In this document: positions 11,925 to 24,169 of the stretch, one piece after another
Layout: each line of letters begins with the position of its first letter
How positions within the stretch are numbered: the stretch's first letter is position 1
Translations under genes and position numbers: made by a program
Notes under the pieces: model-generated
What the model was told of the DNA's origin: nothing
What the model saw: the letters and a program-made list of their open reading frames with translations, nothing else
The model's database searches: none
Source: Hydrolagus colliei
Lineage: Eukaryota
Length of the DNA stretch: 64,000 nucleotides
Assembly (NCBI GenBank): GCA_035084275.1
Contig: CM068763.1
Location: 10,912,001 to 10,976,000, forward strand
Direction: 5' to 3'

Positions 11925-14347
11925 CTCACACTCTTTATTTTCTTCTCTCTCACACACACACACAAAACACACACTTACTTCCTGAAACTGTAGCCAAAGA
12001 GGAAGTACTGTATTAACAATTCCCCTGAATTTCCTGCTAGTTTTTTCTTGTCTACCCCTTTCTCTCCTCTCCTCTCCTCCCCCCTGCACTGAGATCTATT
12101 GCATTACCATTTAAAAGCCTTGCCCACCTCCCCCTAATGTGTTGTCTTGTCAAAGGCAACTTCACTGCCCTACCCACCCCCCCCCCCCACTCTCACACTA
12201 TCCCTGCAGCTGTGACTGTATGGATCTCTCTTCACAACCAGGAAGTGCTTCGAACTTTGTTGTCAGAGCGAAAATATATAAACCCACTGATCTGTGGAAC
12301 GTGATTTGCAGACAGTCACAAGACAGGGAATGAGTTGCCTTTGAGAAGCCTCCCCCTCTGATGATAATTAACTCCTGACTTGCTTTGGAAACGCCTTTGC
12401 AGCACATTTTGTCCCCATTTTTTCTCAAATAAAAAGCATTCCTCTATAGTGTTGGAAGTGAAAATAATAATAATAATTAAAAAACAATTAAATAATAATA
12501 ATAATTAAATAACAACCCTGGCATTTGCATCAGCTCCTTCTGATAATCCTTGCAATAATAATAAATTGCAAGCGCTTTGAGACGTCGATAAAGTGTGGAA
12601 AGCGAGATATTAAATGTAAGGATTATTATTATTATTATAATCTGAGCATTTGATATAGCGCTTTTCACGTCTTCTAGTCTGTATAGTCTCAAATATACTG
12701 TAAAGGGAATTGACTGTATATTTTGTGTGCTGGGAGGTGGGGAGGGAATGTGGCAGCCAATTGCGCACAGCAGCGTCCCCACGATCGGTCGTGGATTGAA
12801 TTTATTATCCTTTTTGAGGGATTATTATCGGCCTTACCCAGGGTGTCGCCCTGCCTAGAATCGAACCCGGGTCTCTTGAGCTACCGGACTCCATCCAATG
12901 AAAATCTGTGTGTGTATCTTGGAGACGTTCTCAAAGCGCTTCAAGGAATACACCCTCAAGCTCTCCGGGCGTGAAGTGCACTATATAGAAGATGCAAGTT
13001 GTCGTCCGGGTGTAGTGACTGTGTATTTTGTGGGCGACACATGGCAGCCAGTTGCGCACAGCTGCGTTCCACAAACAAGTCGTGGATTTCAAAACAAGGA
13101 GACACGCACTTCCTTGTCGTGGTTTTCTTTCCCGATCAGCCGAATGTCTGCCATATGCAGAAACCCTTTCATTTAAAAAGAGTTCAAAGAGTCCGATTCC
13201 CCAGCCCCCGACTTGAAAGGCGCTCTCTATAAATATAATTTTATTGTTGGTGTGGCTGTTGCTTATTCCAAACACAACTGGGAGCTTACACCTCCGTGCA
13301 AACCAACCACCCAACCAACTAACCAACCCTGGGAAATAATCTATTCCTGGATCAGAAAATGTGACATTTTCTCCCTGCTCACCTAATCCTAGTGAGTATT
13401 AAAGAGTGCGAGATGACAAGAGTCAAGGCTTGGAGATGTAGAGCTCGTGAGGTTGGGGGGTGTAACTTGCTGCGATCGAACCAACTAAAATCACATAGTT
13501 TGCCATCGAAAACAAAGGCTGGCTGGCTTCCAGCAGCAAGTCTAATCAGAACTACCCCAACAGGTACGGAGTTGTTTACAAGGAAAACAGGACGTGTGGA
13601 CGAGATGAAATCACTGCTCCCATGATTAGTCTGCCCTCCCAGTCCTACCTGTCAGCTTTAGCTAACTTAATCGTCATAATAATAAGACTTCTTCTCTGTC
13701 ACTCTGGACCTACCTAGCTTAGAACCTGATAACCGATTTGTGTGGTGGGGGGAATTTCAGATTTCCAGCCATCTGCAATACTTTTGCCGTACTATTTTAA
13801 GGACTGTATTTTCAACTGAATGAGTCCCCCCCCACCCCCCAAAATCACCAAGCAACCTTTTTAATAATAATAATAATCCATGCATTTGATATAGCACTTT
13901 TCATGTCTTCTAGATGTCTCAAAGCGCTACACAGCATATACCGTTTTGAATGTATATATTTGTGGGCGAAGCTTGACAAACAATTGAGCACAGCGGCGTC
14001 CCCACAAACAGTCGTGGATTGAAATGTTACTGCCATGTTAACCGAGGAGATAAAGAGATGCACAGAACCAGGGAACATTTAGTCGTTTGCAATACCCTTG
14101 GATACCGCAAACCAGTGTTTTTGCTTTAATTAAAAAAAGAACGTTTTAAAAAACACACACACACACGCACACACACACGCACGCACACACGCGCACACAC
14201 ACGCACACACAAGAACAGTTTCCTCAATCTCGATGAACGCTCTTCATTTTATCATAAATCTGGTCTTTGTCATCCGCGTCGTCCAGAATTTCGTGGACCG
14301 CGTTGACCTCGTTGCGCCCGGATCCCTCTCCCCCCGAGCTCAGTATC

Positions 14348-16574
14348 TCAGTCTCCCTCGGGCTCGGCGGCGGAAAGCCACCCGGATTCTCTGTCGCTCT
14401 CGTGGAATTCCGCCTCGTGGTCAGGCCCGGGGTCCAAGTCGATGGGTCCGTTGTGGTGGACCGAGTTCATCAGGCTCACGCAATTGCTGCACAAACCGTA
14501 GCGCTTCCCGTGCTGCTGGATGATTTTAGCCGCCGCTCCGCCAAACGACTGCCTGCAGACTTTGCAGTTCAGCAGCTTCCCGGACTTGTGGATCTGGGAG
14601 TGTTGTGTTGGGAGGTGGGGGGAGGGTAGGGTGGTGGGAGTGGGGGACAAGACAAAAAATATGCACGGATGAGAGGTGGACATGAAAGCGCGGCTCTCGT
14701 AACCGCTCTGGGGAACGAAGGAAGGGTTTGGCGGGCAGGCGACCCGAGTGGGAACAAAGCCAACACAGGAGGAATCTGAAACAAAGACAAAAGTTGCTAA
14801 ATGGGGGGGGGGGGGGGGGGGGGGGGAACTCAGCAGGTCAGGCAGCATCCATGGAGAGAGGAAAAAGAGTCAACGTTTCGGGTCCACAACGAAGGGTTGA
14901 CTCCTTTTCCTCTCTCCATGGATGCTGCCTGACCTGCTGAAATCCCCCCCCCCCCCCCCCCCCCAGCAACTTTTGTCTTTGTTTCAGACTCCCAGCGTCT
15001 GCGGCGTTTTGCGCACAGGAGGAATCGAGCGGCGCTTACAGTGATGACGTGGCTGCGGAGATGCTCCAGTCGGGTGAACCTCTTTCCGCACGAGTCGCAG
15101 GGATAAGGCCTCTCTCCGGTGTGCGAGCGAAGGTGGCGTTTCAGGTCGGATTTGCGCTTCACCGTATGCGTGCAAAACAGGCATTTGAACCTGGTGTTCG
15201 GCAGCGTGCCGCACTCGCCTGCAACGAACCAACAAACGCTTTCACAATCGTTATAATCCGCAGCAAGCTTCACAGTTCACTTCACTTCTCACTGTAAAGT
15301 GAAAGCCCAAGGGCGAAACCTTGGGCAAGGTTCCTTACTTCACACGCACGCACACACACACACACACAATACACACATGTGCGCCTAATAATAATGCCTC
15401 CGAAAAAAATCACACGATGATAAAATTTGGTCATTTCAATCCACGACTGTTTGTGTGGGTGGGGGGGGACGCTGCTGTGCGCAATTGGCTGCCGCGTTTC
15501 GCCCACAAATATATACAGTCAATTCACTTTACGGTATATTCCGTGAAGCGCTTTAAAGCGCTGTATCCAATACAAGACTATTACTATTTAAGTTGAAAGT
15601 CGAACAATATTAAAAAAAATCCCAACAGCGCAATTTTAAGGCCGTGCCTCTGGATATCCACAAATCCGTCTCCCACTCTCACCCGAACTGTCCCCGCTCC
15701 AGTCGCCTACGACTTCCACAATCGTGGGCATGGGCGGGTACTGATCCTCGGCCTTCTGCCCTCGGCCGGGCTGGCGTACGGACTCCGGATCTTTCCTCAC
15801 CGGTGCCCAGATCAGCGGAGGCAGCAGCTCCTGCTGGTAGCCATGGGAGTGATTGGTTTGGCAATCCTCCTTTTTCTCCTCGGCCCGCGAGCCCAGGTCG
15901 GCTTGTTCGGACGCCCTGGGGGACGAGGCCAGGCCCACGGCCTGGAAGGCGGGCGTCTCGGAGGGGCCCTCCTCGTAAGTCCGACCCTCCGAGAAGGAGT
16001 TCCGAGGCTGGTCGGCCGCGAAGGAGAGCTGCGAGTCGGCGATCGGGTGCTGAGAGTCGAAGCGGCGCCAGGAATGTCCCAGGGCCCCGCCGGAGTCCGG
16101 AGGGGGCGGCTTCTGCGACTGAGCGGGACCGGGACCGTTGAACCCGGCCCCCCTCTTGTGGCCGGAGCGGCCGAAGTAGCGCTCCTCCTTCTCGCTGATG
16201 TCCAGCGAGGATTTGATGAAGCCTTTGCAGGCGCCGATCACGTCGGTCATCTGCAGGTAGCTGGCGGCCGACATCACCTCGATCACGTTCTGGCCGCTGA
16301 GCGACAGCCGGCCCGAGTACACGAAGTCCAGGATGGTCAGGAAAGCCTCGGCCGAGAACACGTCGAAGGTGGCCACGGCCGCCTGCCCTCCCTCCTGGGC
16401 TCCGTGCAGCAGCAACATCCGGAAGTAGCCGCTGCTGGCGAACAGGACGTTGCGATGGGCCTTGAAGACCCTCCCCTCCACCACGATCCGACAGTCGCAG
16501 AATATCTCCTGCCTCCGCTGTTTGTTGAGGTGCTCGAGCAAGCGGGTTTGGTGGGACAAAATCTCCATTTCCAT
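14348..16574 (-). CDS. ZBTB8A: BTB/POZ and C2H2 zinc-finger protein ZBTB8A (~438 aa as read; C-terminus possibly frameshifted)
   Basis: Exons (minus): 16574-15683 ([54 protein letters not shown]), 15218-15040 (two C2H2 fingers, HTGERPYPC linker), 14593-14348 ([21 protein letters not shown]). All introns GT-AG and in frame. Confidence 0.88.
14777..15013. mobile_element. Palindromic non-autonomous element (Penelope-like by inference) with 13-bp TSD in the last ZBTB8A intron
   Basis: Inverted arms 14775-14874 and 14896-14988. Flanking direct repeat CACAGGAGGAATC at 14764-14776 and 15014-15026. Confidence 0.75.
15300..15590 (+). mobile_element. 5'-truncated SINE in a ZBTB8A intron
   Basis: AGGGCGAAACCTTGGGCAAGG..family body and tail. 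Confidence 0.85.
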
Positions 16575-16664
16575 AGAGGAACCTCCTCTCACCCCACCGC
16601 CCACCGCCCACCGCCCCCTCCACCACCTTTTTTTTTTTTCGCAGCCGACCCTGTCAGCAACCAC

Positions 16665-17085
16665 AACAAGAACATAAGAATTAGGAGCAGGATTAGGCCA
16701 TTCAGCCCCTCGAGCCCGTTTCCCCCCCCCCCTCCCCCCCCCTTCATTCAATAAGAACACGGCTGATCTTCTAATCTAACTCCACCTGCCTCCCCACCCC
16801 CCCACCTCCCCACCCCACCCCCACCCCGCCTTATCCCCATATCTTTTAATCCCTTAATCCACAAGAAATCTGTCAATCTCCGTCCGGAATATGTTCAAGG
16901 ACTGACCGAGCAGCTACAGGCCTTTGGGGTTAGAGAATTGCATCCATTCACTACCCTCTTGAGTGAAGAAGTTTTTCCTCAACTCAGTGTGAAACGGCTG
17001 GCCCCTAATTTTAAGACTGTGACCCCCCCCCCCCCCCCCGCCCGACCAGGGGAAACAGTCCCACTGTCTACTCTGTCGTACCCCT
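16665..17085 (-). mobile_element. CR1-type LINE 3' fragment
   Basis: Reverse complement of the CR1 ORF2 end and 3' UTR (AACTTCTTCACTCAAGAGGGT..ATCAGCCGTG..GGCTCGAGGGGCTGAATGGCCTAATCCTGCTCCTAATTCTTATGT). Confidence 0.75.
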
Positions 17086-17339
17086 TAAGAACAAAGACAA
17101 CTTGGATTTACAGAGTGCCCTCCGCTCCGCGCCAGACAGCGTCTCAGAGCGCTTTACAATAACAGATTCCCCCCGAATGTGACCGACAGTTAAAATGACC
17201 AATTTTATTATTGTGGGTTTATTTTGTGTGTCCCTATATTTCGCCCCCGCAGTGTCACCCCGTAATGTTGGGCTGTATTTTGGGGGGATAATGAGGATCT
17301 GGTGGGAGTTTTTGAGCTACAAATATATTTTAATTTCTC

Positions 17340-17815
17340 AACCCTCAGCCCTCCCCGCAACACATACACACACATCCCCCACAAACACACACCCCACCCA
17401 CATGCACACACATCCCCCACAAACACACACCCCACCCACATGCACACACATCCCCCACAAACACACACCCCACACACATCCCCCACTCACATACATACAC
17501 ATGCCCCCCACACACACATACACACACATCCCCCCCTCCCACACACATACCCCACAGACACATCCCCCACATACACACAACCCCCCACAAACACACACAT
17601 ACACACAACCTCCACACTCCTACATACACACAACCCCCCCCATCACCCCCCCACCCCACATACAAACCCACAAACCCCCACCAACACACATAATACACAC
17701 ACACACCGCAAACACATACATCCTCCACCCATACACACACACCATCCAATACACACACACACTCCCCCCCTCCACCCACACCCGGATCTGTCTGTCTCCT
17801 ACACAAACACACAGA
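17340..17815. repeat. (CA/CCCA)-rich low-complexity tract
   Basis: Degenerate tandem ACAC/CCCCAC units. Confidence 0.9.
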
Positions 17816-17914
17816 CAACACTGAACCCAGATTGTCTGATGCCCCCCTAGGTGAGGGAGGGGGGGGGGGGGGGGGGGGGGGAGAAGCTGTAGGTTTAGGT
17901 TAAATAATGATCAG

Positions 17915-18400
17915 GTTTACCCCCCCACCCATCCACCCTCCTCTACTCTCCCCCTTTCTTCCTCTCCACTCCCCCACCCCCTCCTCTTCACTCCCCCACC
18001 CCCTCCTCTCCCCACCCTCCTCTCCCCCACCCCCTCCTCTCCCCTCCCCACCACCCCTCCCCATCTCCTCACCCTCCTCTCCCCACCTCACCCCCACCTC
18101 CCCTCCCCATCTCTCTTCTCACCCCCTCCTCTCCCCCCCCCCTCCCCCAACCCTCTCCCTCACCCCCCCCCACCTCCCCTCCCCATCTCTCTTCTCACCC
18201 CCTCCTCTCCCCCCCCCTCCCCCAACCCTCTCCCTCATCCCCCTTCCCCCCCCCACCTCCCCTCCCCATCTCTCTTCTCACCCTCTCCCCACCTTCCTCT
18301 GCTCTCCCTCCCTCCATCCATCACCCCCCCCCCCCCCCCCCTCCCCTCCCCTACTCACTCTCCCCTCTCTCCCCCTCACTCACCACCCTCTCTGTTCTCT
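17915..18400. repeat. Polypyrimidine (C/T) tract with a ~70-bp unit repeated about three times
   Basis: CCCCCACCTCCCCTCCCCATCTCTCTTCTCACCC recurs three times. Confidence 0.85.
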
Positions 18401-18649
18401 GTGTCCTTCTCCAGCTCAGATTTACTCCGCGATCCCACCAGGGTCTGATTTCCGACCCGGACGTGCTTGTAAATATATATATATATATCTCTCTCTCTAG
18501 TGAATGTGTGTGTGTGTGTGTGTTAGAGTTAAACCCCCGGAAGGGACTTCAATGTGAAACCCAACACCAGGTCCAGATCACTTCTCCCCCAGTTAACTCA
18601 CTCTCTGCCACCAATACAATTCAATACAGTTCACAGCTCCTTGTTAAAG

Positions 18650-19125
18650 CATTGTGTGTGTACTGTATACATGTGTGTGTATACTGTATATATGCGTGTG
18701 TATATTACTGTATATATGTGTGTATATTACTGTATATATGTGTATATTACTGTATATATGTGTGTATTACTGTATATATATGTGTATATACTGTACATGT
18801 GTATATACTGTATATACGCATGTGTAAATTACTATTTGTGTGTATATACTGTATATAGGTGTGTGTATACTGTATATAGGTGTGTATTACTGTATATATG
18901 TGTGTGTATTACTGTATAGATGTGTGTATATACATATGTGTGTGTATATACTGTATATATGCATATGTATATTACTGTATTTATGTGTGTATATGTGTGT
19001 GTATACTGTATATATGCATGTGTATATTACTGTATATATATGTGTATATACTGTATATATGTGTGTATATTACTGTATATATGTATGTGTGTATACTGTA
19101 TATGTATATATGTGTGTATGTGTGC
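18650..19125. repeat. AT-rich minisatellite (TATTACTGTATATATGTGTG-like)
   Basis: About 20 degenerate ~20-bp units. Confidence 0.9.
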
Positions 19126-19139
19126 AGGTTGCTCTATAA

Positions 19140-19400
19140 CTCCCTTCCTCATTCCCTTCCTCACTCCCTTTGCTTCACCTCTTCCTAGTTTCAGGTCTCG
19201 GCTAAAGACCTCTCTGTCCGACCGCGCCTTCAGACACCTTTCTCCCCCCCTCCCCCCCCCCCCCTCCCCTCCTCTCCCCCCCCACCCGCCCCACTCCGGC
19301 TCGGACCCCAGGAATTCCGCCATTGTGAAGCGCTCTGAAACCGTCCGGCTTGGAGCGCGCTATATATAAAAATCAAAGTTGTTGTTGTTGTTGTTGTATG
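19140..19400 (+). mobile_element. L2 3' fragment (second tail type)
   Basis: TTTCAGGTCTCGGCTAAAGACCTCTCTGTCCGACCGCGCCTTC (FRSRLKTSLSDRAF), then GAAGCGCTCTGAAACCGTCCGGCTTGG..(TTG)n. Confidence 0.7.
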
Positions 19401-19799
19401 TGTGTGTGTGTGTGTGTCTTTAATTTTTTTGGGTGGGGTTGTGGGGAAAAGAGAGACATTGAACAATGGAATGACTTAACGACCACCCAATTCTCTCTTC
19501 CCTTCCCTTCCCTTCTCTTCCAAATAATCCCTCCCCCTACCAACCCCCACCACCCACCCTCTCCCCCCACACACACACAATACTGTAATAAAATTGGTCA
19601 TTTCAATCCACGGCTGTTTGTAGGGGGGGAACGCTGCTGTGCGCAATCGGCTGCCGCGTTTCGCTCACAAAATATAGTCGAATTCACTTGAGAGTACATT
19701 CCGTGAAGCGCTTTGAGATACAGTCTAGGAGACGTGAAAAGCGCAATATAAAAGGCAAGATGAGCACCTGTGTACAATAAGAACATAAGAATAAGGAGC

Positions 19800-20012
19800 A
19801 ACATTGCATTTATAGGGCGCCTTTCGCGTCAGGAGGATGTCACAAGACACTAAACAGTCAGGGAAAGGGACGCGAGCAAGGGAGAGGGGCAGGTTAGGGG
19901 GTGGGGGACGAAGAGTTGGGAGGGTGGCACAAGGCATGATCGAAGAGAAGGGTCTTGAGACCGGCCTTGAAAGAGGCGAGGGAGGGAGGGCAAGGCGACT
20001 GTGGGACAGAGA
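19800..20012 (-). mobile_element. L2 3' fragment
   Basis: Minus strand TTTCAAGGCCGGTCTCAAGACCCTTCTCTTCGAT (FKAGLKTLLFD) plus the L2 tail. Confidence 0.7.
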
Positions 20013-23000
20013 TTGGTAAGCTCGTCATGCTTACTGCATTTTTGATAAGAACGCCTTCTCATCACATGCTCAGGACACATATCTGAAAAACAGCTTTGTG
20101 GGTTTGACTTTTTTTTCACATCCGCGCAAATGGAGAGGACCCGGGTTTGATTACCGGGATGGGAGCGAAAGGTTGGGCAAGTTTGCTTAACTCTACACAC
20201 GCCTATTTACCTGGAGGTTAAGCAGGAACCCGGTTGCCAGTCAAATTGGAAGATCTGGAAGCCGTGATAAGTCGATGCACGCATTTTATTATTGCTATTA
20301 TTTATTTACTTATTTATTCAGTGGGCAAAGAACAAACACAAATTTTATTGCTTCAGGATCACAGAGAACCTGACCTGCATCGCAGTTCTATTTATAATAA
20401 TAACTTAATCATGAACTGAGTAGATGGAAGGATTCAATTTTTAATACACGTAAGATTCTTAAATTTAAACACGTAAATTTAACAATCTTGCTCAGGATGC
20501 CTATTTAATGATAGTAATAATAATAATCCTTGCATTTGCTGCAGCGCTTTTCATATCTTCTAGACGTCTCAAAGTGCTTCACAGAATATACTGTAATTTT
20601 GTATATTTGCTTTAGTAGCAAATAAATATTTTTAATATAAATAGTATAAACATATAAAATATAAATTAGTTTTATTAGCTGCTGCAGCGCTATAAGAATT
20701 AATGAAACTGCACCACTAACAACTTAGTAAAGAAAATAATTCCTTTAAATTTTACTATGCAGAATATTTTATTGTATAGTGTAAGATTCTAGTTCATGCA
20801 ATTTTGTGATTACATTTATTTTCTGAAAGAGACAAAAAACCAGCTTTTTCGTTAGTTTGAAAAAATTTAAATAACATTTAGGCTTCTCTGACAGCCGAGC
20901 GGGTGAAGTCGCTGCCTTTTGCAGCATCAGGAAGTCTCGGCTAGATGCTGTTCGCTGATATGTCACAAGTGCGGTTGAGTGACGATGCTACAGATGGCAT
21001 ATCTGTGTCGTTGGGTTATGAGAGAGGGGGTGTGGAGGGGGAAAAAATAGGCTGAAATACCTGCCCCCCACCCCACAGTCGCCCCCCCACCCCACAGTCG
21101 CGCCCCCACTGAAAATAATAGTAATCCTTACATTAGAAATAGTGCCTTATCACTTCATTAAGACATCTCAAACGTCACAGAATGTACTGGAAAGCAAATT
21201 GACTGTATATTCTGTGGACAAAACGCAACAGCCAATTGTGCACAGCAGCGTCACGCAAATATCTGTGGACTGAGTGACCAAATTATTGACATTGATTTTT
21301 TTGAAAGCATTGTGACCCTGATATATATATGTGTGGTGAGAGGCAAAAACGCTAGTATAAATGATGTCGGATGACAACAGATCAAGCTCAATTATGATGG
21401 ATCCTATCATAATAGCCCATCAAGAAACACATAGAAACAATTGTTCTCTTGCACTAGGTACCAGAAGGCTGCCAGCGCCCATGGGACTGTACCTAGCAAG
21501 TCACAACAGGAGGGGAAGAAAAGTGACAAAAAAAACTCAACCAAACGATACAGTACATGGCTTTATAGCTTCGTGTCATCCAGATTGTACGAATCAAGAC
21601 AACCAGAGATTAATTTCAGTGACAGTTACAACCACATAAATGTTGTATTCCGTTTATAGACATCTCATTCTCCAAAAAGGCTTGTGTAAAGAAATTGAGG
21701 ATGAATTAAAGAAGCCATTCACTTGAGTGGGTTATCTGCCAAATCGCATTGACAACCTTTTTAGCAGCAATGGATCACACATGTGTAAAGGTTTTAAAGA
21801 GGGTTCAAAGGAGGTCAGTGGTTGGGCGTTTGATGAATTTGTGCTCTTCTATTCCATGATATGGCCCTTTTTTATTGTACATTTGAACTGCAGGGTAAAA
21901 GGCGTGGACTGAATGACCATTGAGTGACCAAAAACTTATTTTTATAAAATACTTTATGCTCATCCATTAGAAGAATATCTCATTATTGTTTTATTCTTGT
22001 TGTGTTCTAAATGAGATATATTGTGGGCAAATTCTGTCCAGTGGACCCACTCTCAACAGACACTGGGCTGTCTTATAAGCATTTCACATTTGATCCGTAA
22101 AAATGAGCAAACAGGGAAGACTTTAATCTCAATGATTTATGCCTAATCGAACCCAGATGCCCTTGATAAAAAGAGCCTATGGCAACCCACTTCATCATCC
22201 AGGAACCGTCGTCTGTTCAGACTCCTAATCAGAAGAATATATGAAATATATGGTCAAAACAAAACTCAGTGTCACTGCAGATTGGCGAACTGACACACTT
22301 TCAAATTAAACAATATGGCCCTTTTTATCCAGTTTCCAATCAAAAAGAAAAAAAAGTGTTGATTCTCAGTATAACCTAGAAGCAATTTTTTTTACAACAT
22401 ATTCAAGTACATTATATCACAACCTAGTCAGTCAGGTATAATCAAAAAAAATAGATTTAAAAACGGCCAGTTTCTCGGCCAAACATAATAGACCAGACAA
22501 CGTCAACATAACATTGAGCAACAGAGAGAAGTTTCCATCCTATGATTAAATTGTGACACACAAAAACAATGAAGGGCTGAACGGGTGAGGGATCAACAAC
22601 AGCAACAGTCACAGCCCCTCAGGCAAGTCAAATGTGAATGTCAAAAAACAACAATTACTGAAGTTTAAACATGACAGGTACTGTCTATCCATGAACAACT
22701 TCACTTTTAAGACACACAAAATACTTAATTTTAGTTAGCTAGCCCGGAGGACATTTTCTTTTTTAAACTTTTCTAGCCCTTCACCTTTCATTATACGAAG
22801 AACAGCACTCTTCAAAATCTCTATACTGTATAGTTAGTGTATATTCATTTTGTAGATCCATGTAGTCAAACCCACAGGCATGAAATCAAACTAAAACATG
22901 TACATTGAAAAATAAATCACCGATCAACAGAAAACATCGATAATGTGAATGGTTATACATTCTAAACATAAAGACAAGTGCTGGCAAACATTCCTTAATT

Positions 23001-23899
23001 GCTTAGTGTCCCTCCCTCCCTGACAAGCCCCACATAGGATGTTATATTATGGAACTAGTTATTCAGCATTACACACACACACATAGCTAATCCAGTGGCT
23101 CTGGCGCCTGAAAAAAAAATGTAGGAACCACTGAAGTACAGATTTTACTCACCCATAGGACCACCAATACAACAATATCCACTATGTACAAGTTATAAAA
23201 CATCCATGTTAATCAATAAGGAATACTTAAATGTCTGTCACCAAGAACGCCATGATCTTTTAATGCTACTAAAAAAAAGTACGTATTTATTCAACCCACA
23301 GAATCTTAAATGCTTTGATCTTAAAATTCATAATTATAATATATCGTTGGCGCAGTCCAAATGACTGTTGACTTTCGACTTCTTGCTCAGAACTAGTAAT
23401 TTAAATTATTACCAGCCCTGTTGTGTTTACGTCGAATTTCCGTTGGGAACTCAAGTCTGTGTGTATTAGCGAAAATATTTCTCATCAACAAAAAATTCAA
23501 CAACTTGCATTTAGATAGCGCCCTCCACACGTCCCGGAGTATTCAACAAATAAACAAACATAAGTTGTCTAGCCATCATAGTCTGAATAAGAGACTGTCT
23601 CCGATATTCTGCTAGCGTACAAAATCTCACTTTGGTTTTACCAGCAGAGATTTTTGTTGCAAGAGTTAACAAAGGATGAAGCTTCCTGCCTTCTCCTCCA
23701 GTCAGATTTGGCAGTCACTTCTAGTGCTTTCATCTCACGTTTTACCTGGTCACTTGAAAGAGGGCAGAGGTTCTTTCAAGTGACCCGATATCTTAGTCAG
23801 ACACCAGTGAAGGATCCGCAGTGTCTGCAATTTCTTTGGCCTTTACGTTTCAAACTATACATGATGGTACACAGCTGCAATTTTTTTTAAACGTGGTGC

Positions 23900-24145
23900 T
23901 CAGCGAACACGTGCGACCCTCAAATCTGGAACTCTCTTCCCCCAAAAGGCTGTGGATGTTGTATCCATTCTAATTTTCAAGACTGAGGTGGATAGATATT
24001 TGCTAAGTCGGGGTATAAAAGGGATACAGGACAGGGGTGGATAATTGGGAGTTGAGGTACAGATCAGCTATGATCTTAAGAATAGCGGGCAATAGGCTCG
24101 ACGAGCTGATTAGCCTACTCCTGTTCCTGGGTTCCCATATTCCTG
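23900..24145 (+). mobile_element. CR1-type 3' fragment, antisense in the ZBTB8B 3' UTR
   Basis: TGGAACTCTCTTCCCCAAAAGGCTGTGGATG..TTCAAGACTGAGGTGGATAGAT..CAGATCAGCTATGATCTT..CCTACTCCTGTTCCT. Confidence 0.7.
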
Positions 24146-24169
24146 GAAAGGAAATGGTTAAGGGCGGCA

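Noticed and set aside
12100-14200. ZBTB8OS (archease), the human neighbour of ZBTB8A
   Set aside because: No archease-like peptide (e.g. YEYLDHTADVQLH) was seen. The region appears to be ZBTB8A 3' UTR, repeats and FUCA1 upstream sequence.
14803-14826. G-quadruplex function for the many long poly-G/C runs
   Set aside because: The runs are ubiquitous, often SINE-seeded, and their lengths are error-prone in assemblies; there is no locus-specific evidence.
15644-16754. Overlapping 165-315-aa alternative-frame and antisense ORFs over ZBTB8A
   Set aside because: These are the expected shadow ORFs of a GC-rich exon and contain no recognisable domain.
17195-19369. ORFs rich in H/T/P or C/V/Y
   Set aside because: They are translations of CA-rich, C/T-rich and TA-rich simple repeats.
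20820-21010. Separate ZBTB8A promoter or first exon
   Set aside because: The patch is mildly CpG-rich, but I found no convincing core motifs or splice donor, so it cannot be supported.
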